Below are positions 37,962-50,804 of a stretch of DNA of 64,000 bases, piece after piece. Made by a program: the position numbers and the translations under genes. The notes under the pieces are model-generated. The model saw nothing but the letters and a program-made list of their open reading frames with translations, was not told the origin of the DNA and searched no databases. How positions within the stretch are numbered: position 1 is the stretch's first letter; the number at the start of each line of letters is the position of its first letter. Source of the DNA: Yuukianura sp. NJ FZ-2021 (taxonomy: Eukaryota); contig CM102286.1 of the NCBI GenBank assembly GCA_046563655.1, positions 1,612,001 through 1,676,000 on the forward strand, written 5' to 3'.

Positions 37962-39905
37962 TCAGGAAATTATTTGTGTAAACGCAATAATAATTGGAAC
38001 TAAATTAGCTATAAGTGTAGCAGATTTGCTAATGGAATGAGGCTGCTGTTGATACTGGTCCAGCAGTAAATCTTTGTCGGTATGAAGAATTGGGGACTTA
38101 TCAAGCGGTGAAATTTTTCGAGAATGTTGAAAGTTTTCAATTTCATTTTGAATTGCTGCCGAATTGAAGTCAGTACCCAACAACAATTGCAATTGATCCG
38201 GAGCTATCCATTTCAAAAGAACTGGAGTCCATTCTGCCTGATCATACCTTCAACAAAACAAAAACATTTTGAATTTCTTTAAAAAAATTGAAAAAAATTG
38301 TCATGTTACGTACCCGTAGACGTGTATCATTGCCGCTGAACGACTTGGCAGCGCCGCTTTTGCTACTTTCACAACGACTGCGAATGACACAAGAACCGAA
38401 ATGTTGAATTTCAAAAATTAAAGTGTCAAAGACTTCAAAACGGCAAAATTCTGAAGAATTTTGAAGTAATACCGCTTACCTTCGAAAAATCTTGGCGCTG
38501 TGAAATCAAAATCAAAAAGTTTAATGAATTAAGTTTTGGATAATTACATTTTATTTTATTCATCTTTAAAATTACTATTTATGACGATAAGAGCTTCAAC
38601 GAATCCTGGATAGTTGGCATCTAATGCGTCTCCAATTTCCCGCGAAAATTTGACACAGTTTAAGCACCCTTGTTTGCGGGCACTGACTCCGTTTAAGTCC
38701 ATGATGCCGATGACCTGAGTAGAGTTCATTGACCTCATTTGACTTAGCATCGTCTCCACTGACTTCCAGATGAAACGACGCACAATGTCCACTGTTCCAG
38801 TAAGAACAAGTCTTCTAATGTCAACTTTCCCCATTCTGCCATAAATGACTGAAAACCGTCCAAATAGTAATTATTAACCAGCGTAGCAACTTTATACATC
38901 CACACTGTCGGTCTGTCTGCCTGTCTGTCTGTGATTATCTCGGAAACGGCTCAACATTTCCGTCATCTGCCGGTGTTACACCTTTTGACCCGGGAATGTT
39001 TAATATTGAATATGATTCCGATGGGTTAATCTCTTCCGGGTCAAAGGTCGAGGTCAACTAGTTTCCTTCCGTTAACAGAAACTGACCTCTACAAAAGTTG
39101 CTCATATCATCGAGACAAATAACTTTTATGTACATGGCAAGTGACCTCCGTCCGGGTCAAAGGTCAATTTTTTTTATTTTACTGTTAGCAAGGGTTGTGC
39201 GTTAAAGTCCACCACGAGGTGTCCTCGAGACCAGCTGTTTGTTTGCAAAAGCAATGCAATCTTTCGCTACTTCCTTACACTCCGCTTTACAACCGGTTTA
39301 TGTTGTAATTAATGATAAAATGTTAAAAACTATTTGGAAAAACTAATTTTCGACTTTTTTGGCTTACCTGGGCGAGATGATCTGTCTACTGCCATACTAA
39401 CCACATCGCTAATTTGAAAGTTGACTTCTTCGTCCATGATTCCGTCAATTTTATTTTCTGTTCGCCATTTCATGGTCTACAAATTCACAAACTTTTTTCA
39501 TTTTCCCATTTTTATCAATTTTATAGCTTAAGTTTTGCAGTCATTTATAATTGCATTACGTTACGAATCATGTCCGCTGCTTTTTCAATGTCCCAGTCGA
39601 CTGCACGCAGAAATGGCAAAAGATATGAATCCTCTTCCATGTAACTCTGCGTCAAAATGTTGAAGATGAGTGGGCGGAGCTAAAAAATTTAATAGTCAAG
39701 CTGAAACAGTGATGAACTATTCAGCTATAAAGATTTCTAGAGCCTGGATTTTCAAAACACAGAATTTCAAAAAAATTCAGAATCAAGCACCAAAAGTTTT
39801 ATTGGATTTTACCTGTTCTAGTGCTAATTGCTCCTTCTCGTTTGAAGATTTAACAGAATTCAACACCAACTGGATTGCAAAGATGTATTTAATGAGTAAC
39901 TTCAT
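37962..39905 (-). CDS. CRAL-TRIO/SEC14-like protein D (closest to B)
   Basis: Starts MKLLIKYIFAIQLVLNSVKS, contains DANYPG, ends ATLIANLVPIIIAFTQIIS*. Confidence 0.86.
38878..39272. mobile_element. interspersed repeat resembling Helentron-associated (HINE/DINE-1-like) elements
   Basis: (CTGT)n microsatellite near one end, CCGGGTCAAAGGTC core, CTTTCGCTACTT near the other end. Related sequence at ~57088-57510 and fragments at ~45955, ~48010, ~54985. Confidence 0.55.
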
Positions 39906-40149
39906 GTTTAAACGATGTTTGCTTAAGTTATGTCTGGTTTTGCTGCAATGTTAGACTAAATCCAAAATAAATAGAATACTTCTCAACCATTTCCACGCGC
40001 AAATACATTTGCATCTAAACTGAAAAACACGTTAATTAGTTTCCTACGTTAGTTTTGTAAAAAAAATTCCAGCAGATAAGGAAAAGAAAACTAGTAAAAC
40101 CGGTACAAATTTTATTTTGATAGTTGAGAACAGAATCATCTTCATCAGT

Positions 40150-40330
40150 GACTTTTAGAGGTAGTCAAGTATTGCGAAAAACTTTGAAAAGGTTGTAAAA
40201 AGTGCAATCTTTGTGTCTAGATGTGAAGTAAAAGACGCAACATGGAGCACTCCGGTTCTGTTTGTGACGTTATTGTACATGCACAGACGTCTGCGATAGT
40301 CTGCATTCCAGTCAAAAAATCGATTCGGCT
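40150..40330 (-). pseudogene. degenerate relic of a glucoside xylosyltransferase last exon
   Basis: The minus strand reads GGAGTGCTCCAT (GVLH) and TACAACCTTTTCAAAGTTTTTCGCAATAC (YNLFKVFRN), matching 42317-42640 and the GXYLT last exons, with frameshifts and stops. Confidence 0.6.
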
Positions 40331-40335
40331 TGTTT

Positions 40336-41861
40336 TTACAATATTATTTTTATCGACGCAATAATCATGGGAACTAAATTGACTGAAAGTGCAGAAGATT
40401 TGCTAATTGAATGAGGCTGCTGTTGATGCTTGTCTGGCACAAAATCTTTGTCAGTATCAAGAACTGAAAACTTGTTATGCGGTGAAATTTTAGGAGAATT
40501 TTCAAAATTTTCAACTTCATTTTGAATTGCAGCAGTATTGAAATCTGTACCCAACAACAATTTCAATTGATCTGGAGCTATCCATTTCAATAGGGCTTGA
40601 GTCCATTCTGCCTGATCATATCTAAAACAAACCAAAAACGTTTGAAATGTAATAAAAATAAACGTTTTTAATTTCTATAAAAATTTTTGACAAAAGTTAT
40701 GTCAAGTTATTCACCCGTAGACGTGTATTACTGCAGCAGAGTGACTTGCCAATACCGTTTTGACTATTTTCAAAAGAACTGCAAAAAAGCAAAACATTGA
40801 ATTTCAAAAATAAATATTTCAAAAACTTCAACAGCAAAATTCTGAACAATTGTGCTGTACAAAGCTTACCTTCGAATACTCTTGGCACTATAAAATCCAA
40901 AAAAAAAGTTAATTTTTTTTTTAAATTTCAAATTAAATATGTAATTTGAAATTACTGTTTATCATGAATAAGGCTGCGGCGAGTTCTGGATAGTTGGCGT
41001 CAAAAGTTTCTCCAATTTCCTGTGTAAATTTGACACAGTTTGAGCAACCTTGTTTGCGGAGGTTGACTCCGGTGTAGTCCATGATGCCGATGACTTGACT
41101 ACAGTTCATTGACCTCAGTTGACCTTGCATTAACTCCACTGACTTCCACAGAGAACGACGCACAACGTCAATTGTCCCACTAAGAACAAGTCTTCTAATG
41201 TCAACTTTCCCCATTCTGATGAGGATGGCTGAAAAACCGTTGAAATATACAAATGCATATAATTATTTCATAATTCAATGTAAAATGTTTAAAAACTATT
41301 TTGAAACTTTTTTTTTTGGCTTACCTGGGCGAGATGATCTGTCTACTGCCATACTACCAAAGTCTCCAATTTGAAAGTTGATTTCTTCGTCTATGATTCC
41401 GTCAATTTTATTTTCTGTTCGCCATTTCATGTTCTAAAAATTTCCAAACTTTGTTCATGTTCACAATTCCCAAAAATTTCGACTTTCACTGAATTTTAAT
41501 TACTATGTTATTCTGTTTACATTGCGAATCATGTCCGCTGCTTTTTCAATGTCCCAGTCGACTGTACGCAGAAATGGCAGAAGATACAAGTCTTCTTTCA
41601 TATAGCTTTGCGTCAAAATGTTGAAAACGAGTGGGCGGAGCTAAATATTTTAAAGTCTACGTAAAACATTAGAACTTTGCTACAAAAAAGCATTTCTGAA
41701 CTCTGAATTTTGAAAACAGGGTTTCCGAAAATGAATAATCAAGAAAAGTTAGATTTTACCTGTTCTAGTGCAATCTGTTCCTTCTGATCTACAGATTGGA
41801 CAGAATCCAACACTAATTGAGCTACGAAGATGTATTTAACAAGTAAGTTCATTCTTAACAT
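40336..41861 (-). CDS. CRAL-TRIO/SEC14-like protein E
   Basis: Starts MLRMNLLVKYIFVAQLVLDSVQS, contains FDANYPEL, ends SALSVNLVPMIIASIKIIL*. Confidence 0.86.
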
Positions 41862-42316
41862 AGGTTTGATTTGGTTGTGTTAGGTATTAGCTATGGTAGA
41901 GTCTATGTTAGGCCAACAACTTGAAAAAGATTCTCCTCACAATCAAATTTTAAAGTTAGTTTTATTGGGACCTAAAGTCACACGATTTAATTAGTTCTCG
42001 ATGTTGGTTGTGTTAAAAATCTCAAACATTCGTCAGATTTTTATGGAAAAAAAGAAAAAGACATACAAAAAAGTTGTAAAACTGGTAATTGCTAATAGTT
42101 GAAAATCAAGTCGTAACTATGACTTTCAAGCGTGTGACTGGAAATCCTTTGGTTCTCAAATTCTGACCAAAACATTCTGATAAAATTTTAATTACTAATT
42201 TATCAATCAAATCAAAAACTTTGTAGACTTGACTTTGTTTTTTCGCCTGTTTGGTTTTTGAATCCATTGAATTATCATTTTCAAAAAATTTGCAACATTT
42301 GTACGGAAAATTTTAA

Positions 42317-42640
42317 CTATTCTTGAGAAGTTTGTGTTTGATTCAAGAAAGGACGAAGAATGAGAGCTTCAAAGTGAGGCATATGCGCAGCATAATTTTT
42401 TGGTCTGCGCCGTGCCACGCGAAATGCATTTTTCAAGTTTTGCAAAACTATGTTGGGGTGGAGGTCGGCTGAAGTTAGTTGCGTATTTCGAAAAACCTTA
42501 AAAATGTTGTAAAAAGTGTTATCTTTGCATTTAAGTGTGAAGGATAGACCGTAACCATGGAGCACTCCTGATTTCATTTGTGACTTCATTGCACATGCGC
42601 CGATGCCTGTAATATGATCGTCCAAAGTTCCATGTACACT
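42317..42640 (-). pseudogene. isolated 3' fragment of a glucoside xylosyltransferase
   Basis: SGVLHGYGLSFT..FYNIFKVFRN..FEALILRPFLN is homologous to the last exon at 44362-44729. No upstream exons. Confidence 0.7.
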
Positions 42641-42751
42641 TCATTAAATGAAATTCCGTGCAACTAGGTTGAATAAATTACTTCTTGGTTAATAATTTCT
42701 ACAAAGCTGAATTACGGTGTGTTTTTATTTCAATTTTAATTAAAAACTTAA

Positions 42752-44126
42752 TTAGGCTGTGCGAAATTTGTTTTTCTTTAAATCCCGAAAATTAGTAAGA
42801 ACTGCAGCTTCAAAATTTGGTGAAAGAGAGCAATAATTTTTTGAATGGATTTTTCCTTTTTTAATTGCCGTTTTTAGATTTTTGAGTAGTCGGCTACGAT
42901 TAAATGTTGCAGAAAGGCGGGTATTTTTAAAAACTTTGAATATTTTAAAGTATGTGGAGTCGTTGTAGTAGCGAGTAAATGCTAAACCGCAACCATGAAG
43001 AACTGCCAGTCCATCCTTGATGTCGTCACAAACTTATTTCCTCTCGATGACAATTCTTTGGTCTAAAGTTCCACGCAGGGTCCAGTAAAACTATTTCGGT
43101 TGGATTTCTTGTCAAAAAAGTTTCTAAAATGTCCTAAACAAATTCAACACAAAAAGTGTTGCTAGATGCAGATGTGAAATTTATGGTTTACCTGATCGGG
43201 ATAAATAAATTTTGGACGAAGTTCTTTGGCAATTTTTAAAATTCTGGGCGTGAAGTGGCTAGATCTCATCCGAGTTAAATTCATAAGCAAAACTCCGGAA
43301 TTGAGTGGAACCCGGTCTTTCTTGGCTGTTGTTTCAGGATCTCCTCGGTGAATACTTTGGATAGAGTGATAGTGTGGTGCAATTGAAGCCAAAGAGTGCA
43401 TGTCATGTGACTCAAATTTGGCCCAGAGGTCAGCGACACTTGACACTTCCCAGAAAAATGAGGTCAGTATCCAGGTAGAGTACGGAGTCAAACGTCGGTA
43501 GAAGTTCAGGAAAAAAGAGTCTGGCGGATGAACAAGGTCGAAAAATAGAAGCCATCCACTCCGAACCTTTAAGTAAAAAAAATTCAAAATTCAAAAAGTA
43601 TGCTAAAAACTAAACTAATTTTGAATCCTATCATTTTTTTAATCTTGCCTTGAGGGTACTTGAGCGGAATAAAATTTAACTTCATACGGCTAAAGAATTT
43701 GGAATTCCACTGTTCACTATTCCCATAAATTGTTTCATTTAGCTTGTCAAAATTAGTTTTTTCATTTGACAAAACATTTATCTCGACACAATTTTTCGAA
43801 AAATTTGCTCCTACGCTGTTCGTCCTCGTATTGTCCAATGTTATTAGAATTGACTTGATGAGAACCAGAGTCTGGTCCAGTTGTCTTGCAAAACGTTTAC
43901 CGGCCCTTCCAGAACTTTTTGTCTCACTACACATAACCACTACCACTTTGATTTGGCACAAATTGAGGTCAATGACCTTTGAATCACTTTTACCGACTTC
44001 TGCTTCACTGTTTTGAATTAAACGTTTCCTGGTATCGACAAAACAAATCAGCAGGAAAACAACTACTATTTTACCGCTAAAATTTGACCACGAAGGAGCA
44101 AGAAACATTGTTGACAGCCTTAGCAA
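42752..44126 (-). pseudogene. glucoside xylosyltransferase (GT8, GXYLT/shams-like), two frameshifts
   Basis: Motifs QTLVLIKS, FRPCSSARLF, LYLDTD, LNSGVLLMNLTRMR, PDQD, WNF, VLHG. Frameshifts from a 7-bp duplication at 43435-43448 and near 43035. Confidence 0.8.
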
Positions 44127-44361
44127 AAATTGACAATGTTCTGGTATGAGTTATTCAGCATTTTTCTCCAAACCAAAGCTAACCATATGTGTTGCATTTT
44201 ATAAAAATTTAGAAGGTTATTGAACCAAAATATGTAAACAAGTTTATTATAATCATATCAATCAATTTTCAAGTAAAGTAGCAAATATATAAATTAGCAA
44301 ACGACAATTACTAGCTAGCTTTTCACCATTTTTCTTTGGTTAAAAATTTACTACAATATTT

Positions 44362-45697
44362 TTATTTTCCTATTTTTGCACGATTCAAAAACGGCGCCAG
44401 TACTGAGTGTTCAAATTTCGGAGCACGTGAACATCTATCTTTGGAAGTCTTTTGCGCATTTTGAATTGCGGTTTGCAATTTTTTCATCATTTGGGCACTA
44501 TTAAATTTTTTGGAAAGGTGAGCCATTTTGAAAACCTTAAAAATTTTATAAAACGTCTTGTCTGGACGGAGGGAGGTAAATTGGCCACCAAAACCATGCA
44601 GAACTCCAATTCCGTTTTGGATGTCACTACATACGTACTCTGGGTCACAAATTGGTCCAAAGTTCCAACAAGGATCCAGAAAGGCAATTTCTTTCGGATT
44701 TTCGTCCAAGTAAAATTCTAAAATGTCCTGCACATTTTGAAAATAGAGCACAGTAAGTACAATTTCCAAGTTTTTAAAATGTCATTTTCATACATACCTG
44801 ATCACCATACACCAATTTTGAGCGAAATTGTTCAGCGGTTGTAACAATTTTTTGAGTCCATCCACTGGATCTCATCCGAGTCAAGTTCATTAGCAAAATG
44901 CTTGAATTTATTTGAATTCGTCCTTTTGTTGCCATGGTTACTGGATCTTTCCTGAGGACACTTTGAATAGGATAACGTGGTGTAACTGATGCCAGCGAGT
45001 GGAGGTCATGTGACCTAAATTTTTCCCAGAGGTCACTCATACTCCGCAGAACTAAAGTGTCCGTGTCCAGGTAAATAACGGAGTCCATTGTTGGCAATGA
45101 TTCGGCTAGGAAGAGTCTGGCGGTGGCGAACGGTCGACAACTGTAGAACATCCACGAAGGAGTGCCTTGATTACAAAATTTTGAAACAAAAATAAATGAA
45201 AATCAAAATTCACCTAACGTTTAAAAAATTTTTTATATGCAGGCTTGCCTTCAGGATACTCGAAGGGAACAAAATCTAGTTTCATACGGTTTACAAATTT
45301 GGAATGCCACTGGTTACTGTTGCCGTAAATTTTTTCGTTTAGTTGGTCAAAAATACTTTTTTGATTTGACAATATTTATATGGAGACAATTGTTTGGAAA
45401 TTTCGTTTCTCTTTTGGAAATTTCGCTGTTGTCCAAAGTCATCAACATAGACTTGATGAGAACCAGGGTCTGGTCCAGTTGTCGCTTGAAACTTTTAGTA
45501 ATTCCTGTTTTTCTAGGACCACGGCATACTATCAGGGCTATCTTGATTTCACAACTGCTGAGGTCATTAACCTTGGAATTGTTTTTGCTGACTTCTGCTC
45601 CATTCCTTTGAGCTAAACATTGCTCTAAACAAACGAAACTAAGCAGTAGCAACACAGTGACTGCAGTTAAGTGTGAATTTGAACCAACCGCCAACAT
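44362..45697 (-). pseudogene. glucoside xylosyltransferase (GT8, GXYLT/shams-like), single frameshift in exon 1 (could be an assembly error)
   Basis: RPFATARLFL, IYLDTD, INSSILLMNLTRMR, YGDQDIL, PCWNF, VLHG. The exon-1 frame breaks near 45370 relative to the paralog. Confidence 0.7.
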
Positions 45698-46163
45698 TTT
45701 TTAGTAATTTTTACACAAAAAAAAACACAGAGACGTGTCAAAAAATCGGCGTTTGTTTTAGCTGAAATGGAAAGGAACAGAAATGCAATACGTTCCAATA
45801 TGTCCAGTAAAATCCAACACAAAAATTGTTGCTCCATGCAGATGTGAAATTAAATCACAATAATTTAGTCGTTTTTGGAATATTAGGCAGAATAACTAAT
45901 TTTATTGTTGCTTGGATGCAATTAATTGACTCGAAAAAAATTCTACCGATCTTAAGTAGCGAAAGTAGTTCGATACTTTATGTTTTTCGGCGTCTGTGTC
46001 TGTCTGTCTGCTGGTCAGCATAATTCTAGAACCGCTGGACTCATTTTCTGTCTAAATGAGGCACAGATTTTTATTCATCTCTTGGTATGTAGGAACAAAG
46101 TATAACAGTTTAACAAATTTCTCTAACCTCATAAAATATATTACAATATAATTATAATGTCAA

Positions 46164-47729
46164 TTAAAACAATTTTGGCAACATGAATGACAAAATTAAC
46201 ACCATGTTGGTATAAGGTTGAATCCGTCCGATGTTTGAAGTTGCTTCTGTGCGTTTCTGCCACAAAATTTTGCCATCGAAATCAGAAATTTTGGATGTTT
46301 CGACAATCTTTTTAGAAGCAGAATTTGATATGTGTTTTTGATGACGAAGTTTGTGGTGGTGTCCAAAAAATTTGTAAAGTTGTTCTGGAGATATCCATTC
46401 CAAAAGAGCTTCGGACCACTCCTGTTGGTCAAAACTACAAACAGTAAAAGTCATGCGTTAAGGTCAAAAGTCATCCGTAATGATAATTGTTTTTCAATGC
46501 TTACCCATAAACGTGCAATGTTTTCCGTGTACGAGGCGCCATATTTGCTTTGATTATCTTCAGAATTACTTTAAACCAAAAAAAAAAATAATAACACTTT
46601 AAACTTTCTCCAAGATAGTTTTTTCGTCAAAGAAAAATCTATTTACCTTCAAAAATACGCGGAGCTAAAAAACAAAAAAAAATATAAGTTTCGGAAGTTT
46701 CAAATAGAAAAAAAATAATTCTCATAATTTCTATAATTTCTTTATAAAACCTAATAAAGTCAAGAATTTTTCTTTTTACTGTTAATCATGAAGAATGCTG
46801 CACTAAAGTCTGGATAGTTGTCCTCAACTGCTTGTAATACGTCGGTGCACATCTTCAGGCATTCGGGACAAGCATGTCTACGGACATTAAATCCATTGAT
46901 GTCAACGATTCCGACCATTTGACTAAAATTTGAACTTATGGAGACTTCAAACAGTTTTTCCATCAATTTCAAAAACGCTCGTGAAACCGAATTGCGATTT
47001 CCAGTTATAATCATTTTTCTAGTGTCAAGTTCCGAACATCTTATGAGAATTGCTGTAACGAGAAAAAGATTGAGATTTTGACTTAAAAAAACTAATTTGT
47101 AGGTAGGAAGTCCAAGACACGTTTCAGGTAGTTTCAAAATTTTGAAATTCAAAATATGAAACAACGAATTCTACGTACTTGAGCGGCCTTCTCTATCTGT
47201 TCCCCATGTGTACTTCAAATCCTTATCCACCGGATTCATTTCGTTGACGATTCCATCGATATTATTTTCAGCACGCCATTTCAGATTCTACAAAAAGTGA
47301 AATTAATATTTTATAGAAATTTTGATATTTTAATAATTTGGTTTGTACTTTCAGAATCATTTCTGATGCCCGTTGTACATCAAATTCCGAGGCTCGCAAA
47401 AACCGAACCAGAAACGCGTCTTCAGTTTCATAACTTTTTGTCACATTTGATTCAACTGCGACTCGAAGCTTCAACAAATCCAAACAAAGTCGTCAAATAC
47501 ACAAAAAAAAAGTTTAATTTAGAAAAATACATTTTCAAACAAAATTCTTTAACGAAACAAAAAAAAAGCGAAAACTAATAAGTTTTTTCATACTTAAGAT
47601 TTTAGTTTTAGTTAGGGTACTCACTTGTTGTAGAAGAATTTGATTCTGTTCAGCATCCGTGAGTGATCCATGCACGCTGAAAATTGTGACAGCTAAGTCG
47701 ATTAGTAAAACAGTACTTACAAAATGCAT
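46164..47729 (-). CDS. CRAL-TRIO/SEC14-like protein F (second subfamily)
   Basis: Starts MHFVSTVLLIDLAVTIFSVHG; EDAFLVRFLRASEFDVQRA; HACPEC; EDNYPD; LLEWISPEQL; hydrophobic tail. Confidence 0.88.
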
Positions 47730-48332
47730 GCTCAGCCGAAATCGTAATTCAAAGAACAAAATTTTATTATAAAGAATTTAACTTTCAGCTAGTAGACAGA
47801 ATGATGCCGAAATAATTTGCATTTTTCCTTTTGTTTCTGTATCTACACAAAAATCAACGCTGCTTTATTAACTTTCCTGTTCTGTGAAATAAAAATTTAA
47901 TTAAAACTAGTTATGTGTGAGATAGATTTTATCCAATTTCATGTTTTAAAACTGTTCAGACTTCAAAAAATTTCAAATTGTATATAACTCAATATGTGCT
48001 AATTTATTATCAAAAGCTACTTATTGGTAATACATTGTCTGTCTGTCTGTTTTTCTGTTGTCTTTAAAAAAACGCCACTTCCTGCCACCAACTGCGTGGA
48101 GAAGATGGATCACTTACTAATTGTTGTGACCGTATAGCAGTCATTGTCTATTTTTTGCCAGCGATGTATTATATGGTACTAGGCCTCTTGTTGGTAAGGT
48201 AAATTCCTACAAATGTTATTCACATACACACGAGAACACATTTTGTGAGTTGATGTAGTTCTTGGTAGGTAGCAGCAAAGAACAGCAGTTTAACCAATTT
48301 CTCTAACTTAATTAAATATATTACAACATCAA

Positions 48333-49978
48333 TTAAAAGATTTGTGAAGTGAATGAAGAAATTAATACTACGCTGGTATAAGTTTGAATCCTTCCTATAT
48401 TTGTAGTTGCTTCTGTTTGGGTCTGCAACAAAATTTTGTCGTTGAAGTTAGAAAATTTTGATGTTTCGACAATCTTTTTAGAATTTGATATGTGCTTTTC
48501 ATGACGAAGTTTGTGGTGGTGTCCAAAAAATTTGTAAAGTTGATCTGGAGATATCCATTCCAAAAGAGCTTCAGACCACTCTTGTTGGTCAAAGCTACAA
48601 ACAGTCAAAGGTCATAAGTTAAGGTCAAAGGTCATCAATCAATAAAGATCAAAAGTCATAGCAAATTGTTTTTCGATGCTTACCCATAAACTTGTAGTAC
48701 TCTTCTTGTTTGAGGCGACATAGTTGCTTTGATTATCTTCAGAATTACTTCAAACGAAAAAGTAACTTTTCAAAATTTCACAAAAAAAAAAACCTTAAAA
48801 TGCTAAAAAATAGTCAATTTACCTTCAGATAGACGTGGAGCTAGAAAACCAAAAAAAAAAATAATAAGTTTGGAACAAGTCAAGGAATTGCACAAGCCAT
48901 TATAAGTTTGTGGATAAAACAGGAGGGATTCTCAAAAAAATTATAATTCTCATAATTTCTATAATTCATTTATAAATCCATAATAACTTCAAAGCTGTAT
49001 TTTACTGTTAATAAAGAAGAATGCTGCATAGAATTCTGGATAGTTGTCTTCAAGTGTTCGTAGTAATTCGAGGCCCAATTTCATGCAACCCGGACATGCA
49101 TGTTTACGCATACTGAATCCATTGAGGTCAAGGATTGCAATGCTTTGACTAAAATTTGAAATTCTCGATTCTTGAAACAGTTTTTCCATCAATTTCAAAA
49201 CCGATCGAGCAAGCAGCTCGGGATTTCCAGCCAGTATTAGTCTTCTAGTGTCAATTTCCGAACATCTTATGAGAATTACTACAAAGAGAAAAATTGAGAT
49301 TTTGACTTTTTTTTTTTTACAAAGAAACAGAGTAGTGTCAAAATTTTGATATACAAAATTCATCTCAGGGTTAGTGGATTGATAATTCAACTACTTTTAT
49401 ACCTGCTCGTCCAATTCTATCTGTTCCCCATGTGTACTTAAATTCCTTATCCATCGGACTCGTTTCATGTACAATTCCATCGATATTATTTTCAGCACGC
49501 CATTTCAAATTCTACAAAAAGTGAAATCCATATTTCATAAGGGTTTTGAAATAAATTAAATAATATACAAATACAATTAAATAAAGTATATTATTTTGGT
49601 CTGTACTTTTAGAACCATTTCTGATGCCCGTTGTACATCAAAATCCGAGGCTCGCAGAAACCGAATTAGAAAAGCATCTTCAGTTTCATAACTTTTTGTC
49701 ACATTTTTTTCAACTGCGAGTCGAAGCTTCAACAAATTAAAAAAAACAAATCAACCACTTCAAATACACATGAATTTGTTTTGAATTTTGAGCATTTTCA
49801 CAAAACCCTGAGAAAAAACTACGAAAACAAAAAATTTTTTTTCATACTTGCAAATTTTCCTTAGGTTACTCACTTGATTTAAAAGAGCTTCATTTTGAGT
49901 TTCACCTAGGTTTGATCCATGCACGCTGCAAGCGATTACAACTAAATCGATTACTAACACGGTAATGACACAACGCAT
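48333..49978 (-). CDS. CRAL-TRIO/SEC14-like protein G
   Basis: Starts MRCVITVLVIDLVVIACSVHG; HACPGC; EDNYPEF. Confidence 0.86.
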
Positions 49979-50804
49979 TTTAAGTAAAAATCTAAATCAA
50001 AATGGACAAAACCAAACTAAGCAATAAGTTACTTGCAGCGAAGTGACGCTTTGAGTCGAAAACCTTCAACTTAACCTTATAACACTGAGAAATTTTTGTT
50101 ATCTAGACAAGAATCGATTTGATGGTGTAAAACCCGTGTTTTTCTTTTGATATACTTTCAAGTTCATCATAGTCGAAAAAGATGTAGAAAAATTTAAACA
50201 AAGCCATTTTCTATACAGTTAAAGTACAAATTAGGCTAATAAAACTTAATTACCAATGCTATTTCATATGAAAAATGTTTCTTTTATGAAGTTTTTATGC
50301 CACAGGACATCCTGTTTTGTAAATTTTTTTGGAATTGTTGGAAAAGTAGTTCTCACATTCAAATGTGCTGGTTTTTGAGTTTCACATGAACTTCACATTA
50401 AAAACTCAACACAAAAGTGATCCCACTATTCATGGCCACATTTTGATGTGATTCTCCTAGTGCTTGGAGGTGTTAGGAGCGAAAATTTTAGTTGGTTTAA
50501 AATTTTGGAAAAATTCGATTTTCTCAAAACTGGATAGGTGATTATTTCTAGAAACAACTTTATCCAATATGCCACCTACAAATAATGCAATTGAATGCTC
50601 ATTAGGAGAAGCTGAATGCCGGGTAAAATCAAGGGCATGGCAGCCTATTAGGGTAGAAATGACTTGCTGTTCATTTTTTAATAAAGTCAAACTTGTTCTA
50701 AAAACTGTTTTAGTTGGATAAAAAATTACAGTTGAAAAATATAAGTCTTCAGACATACCAGCAAGTTTTTAAGTAAAAATTACAAACTACAGCATTTATA
50801 CAAC

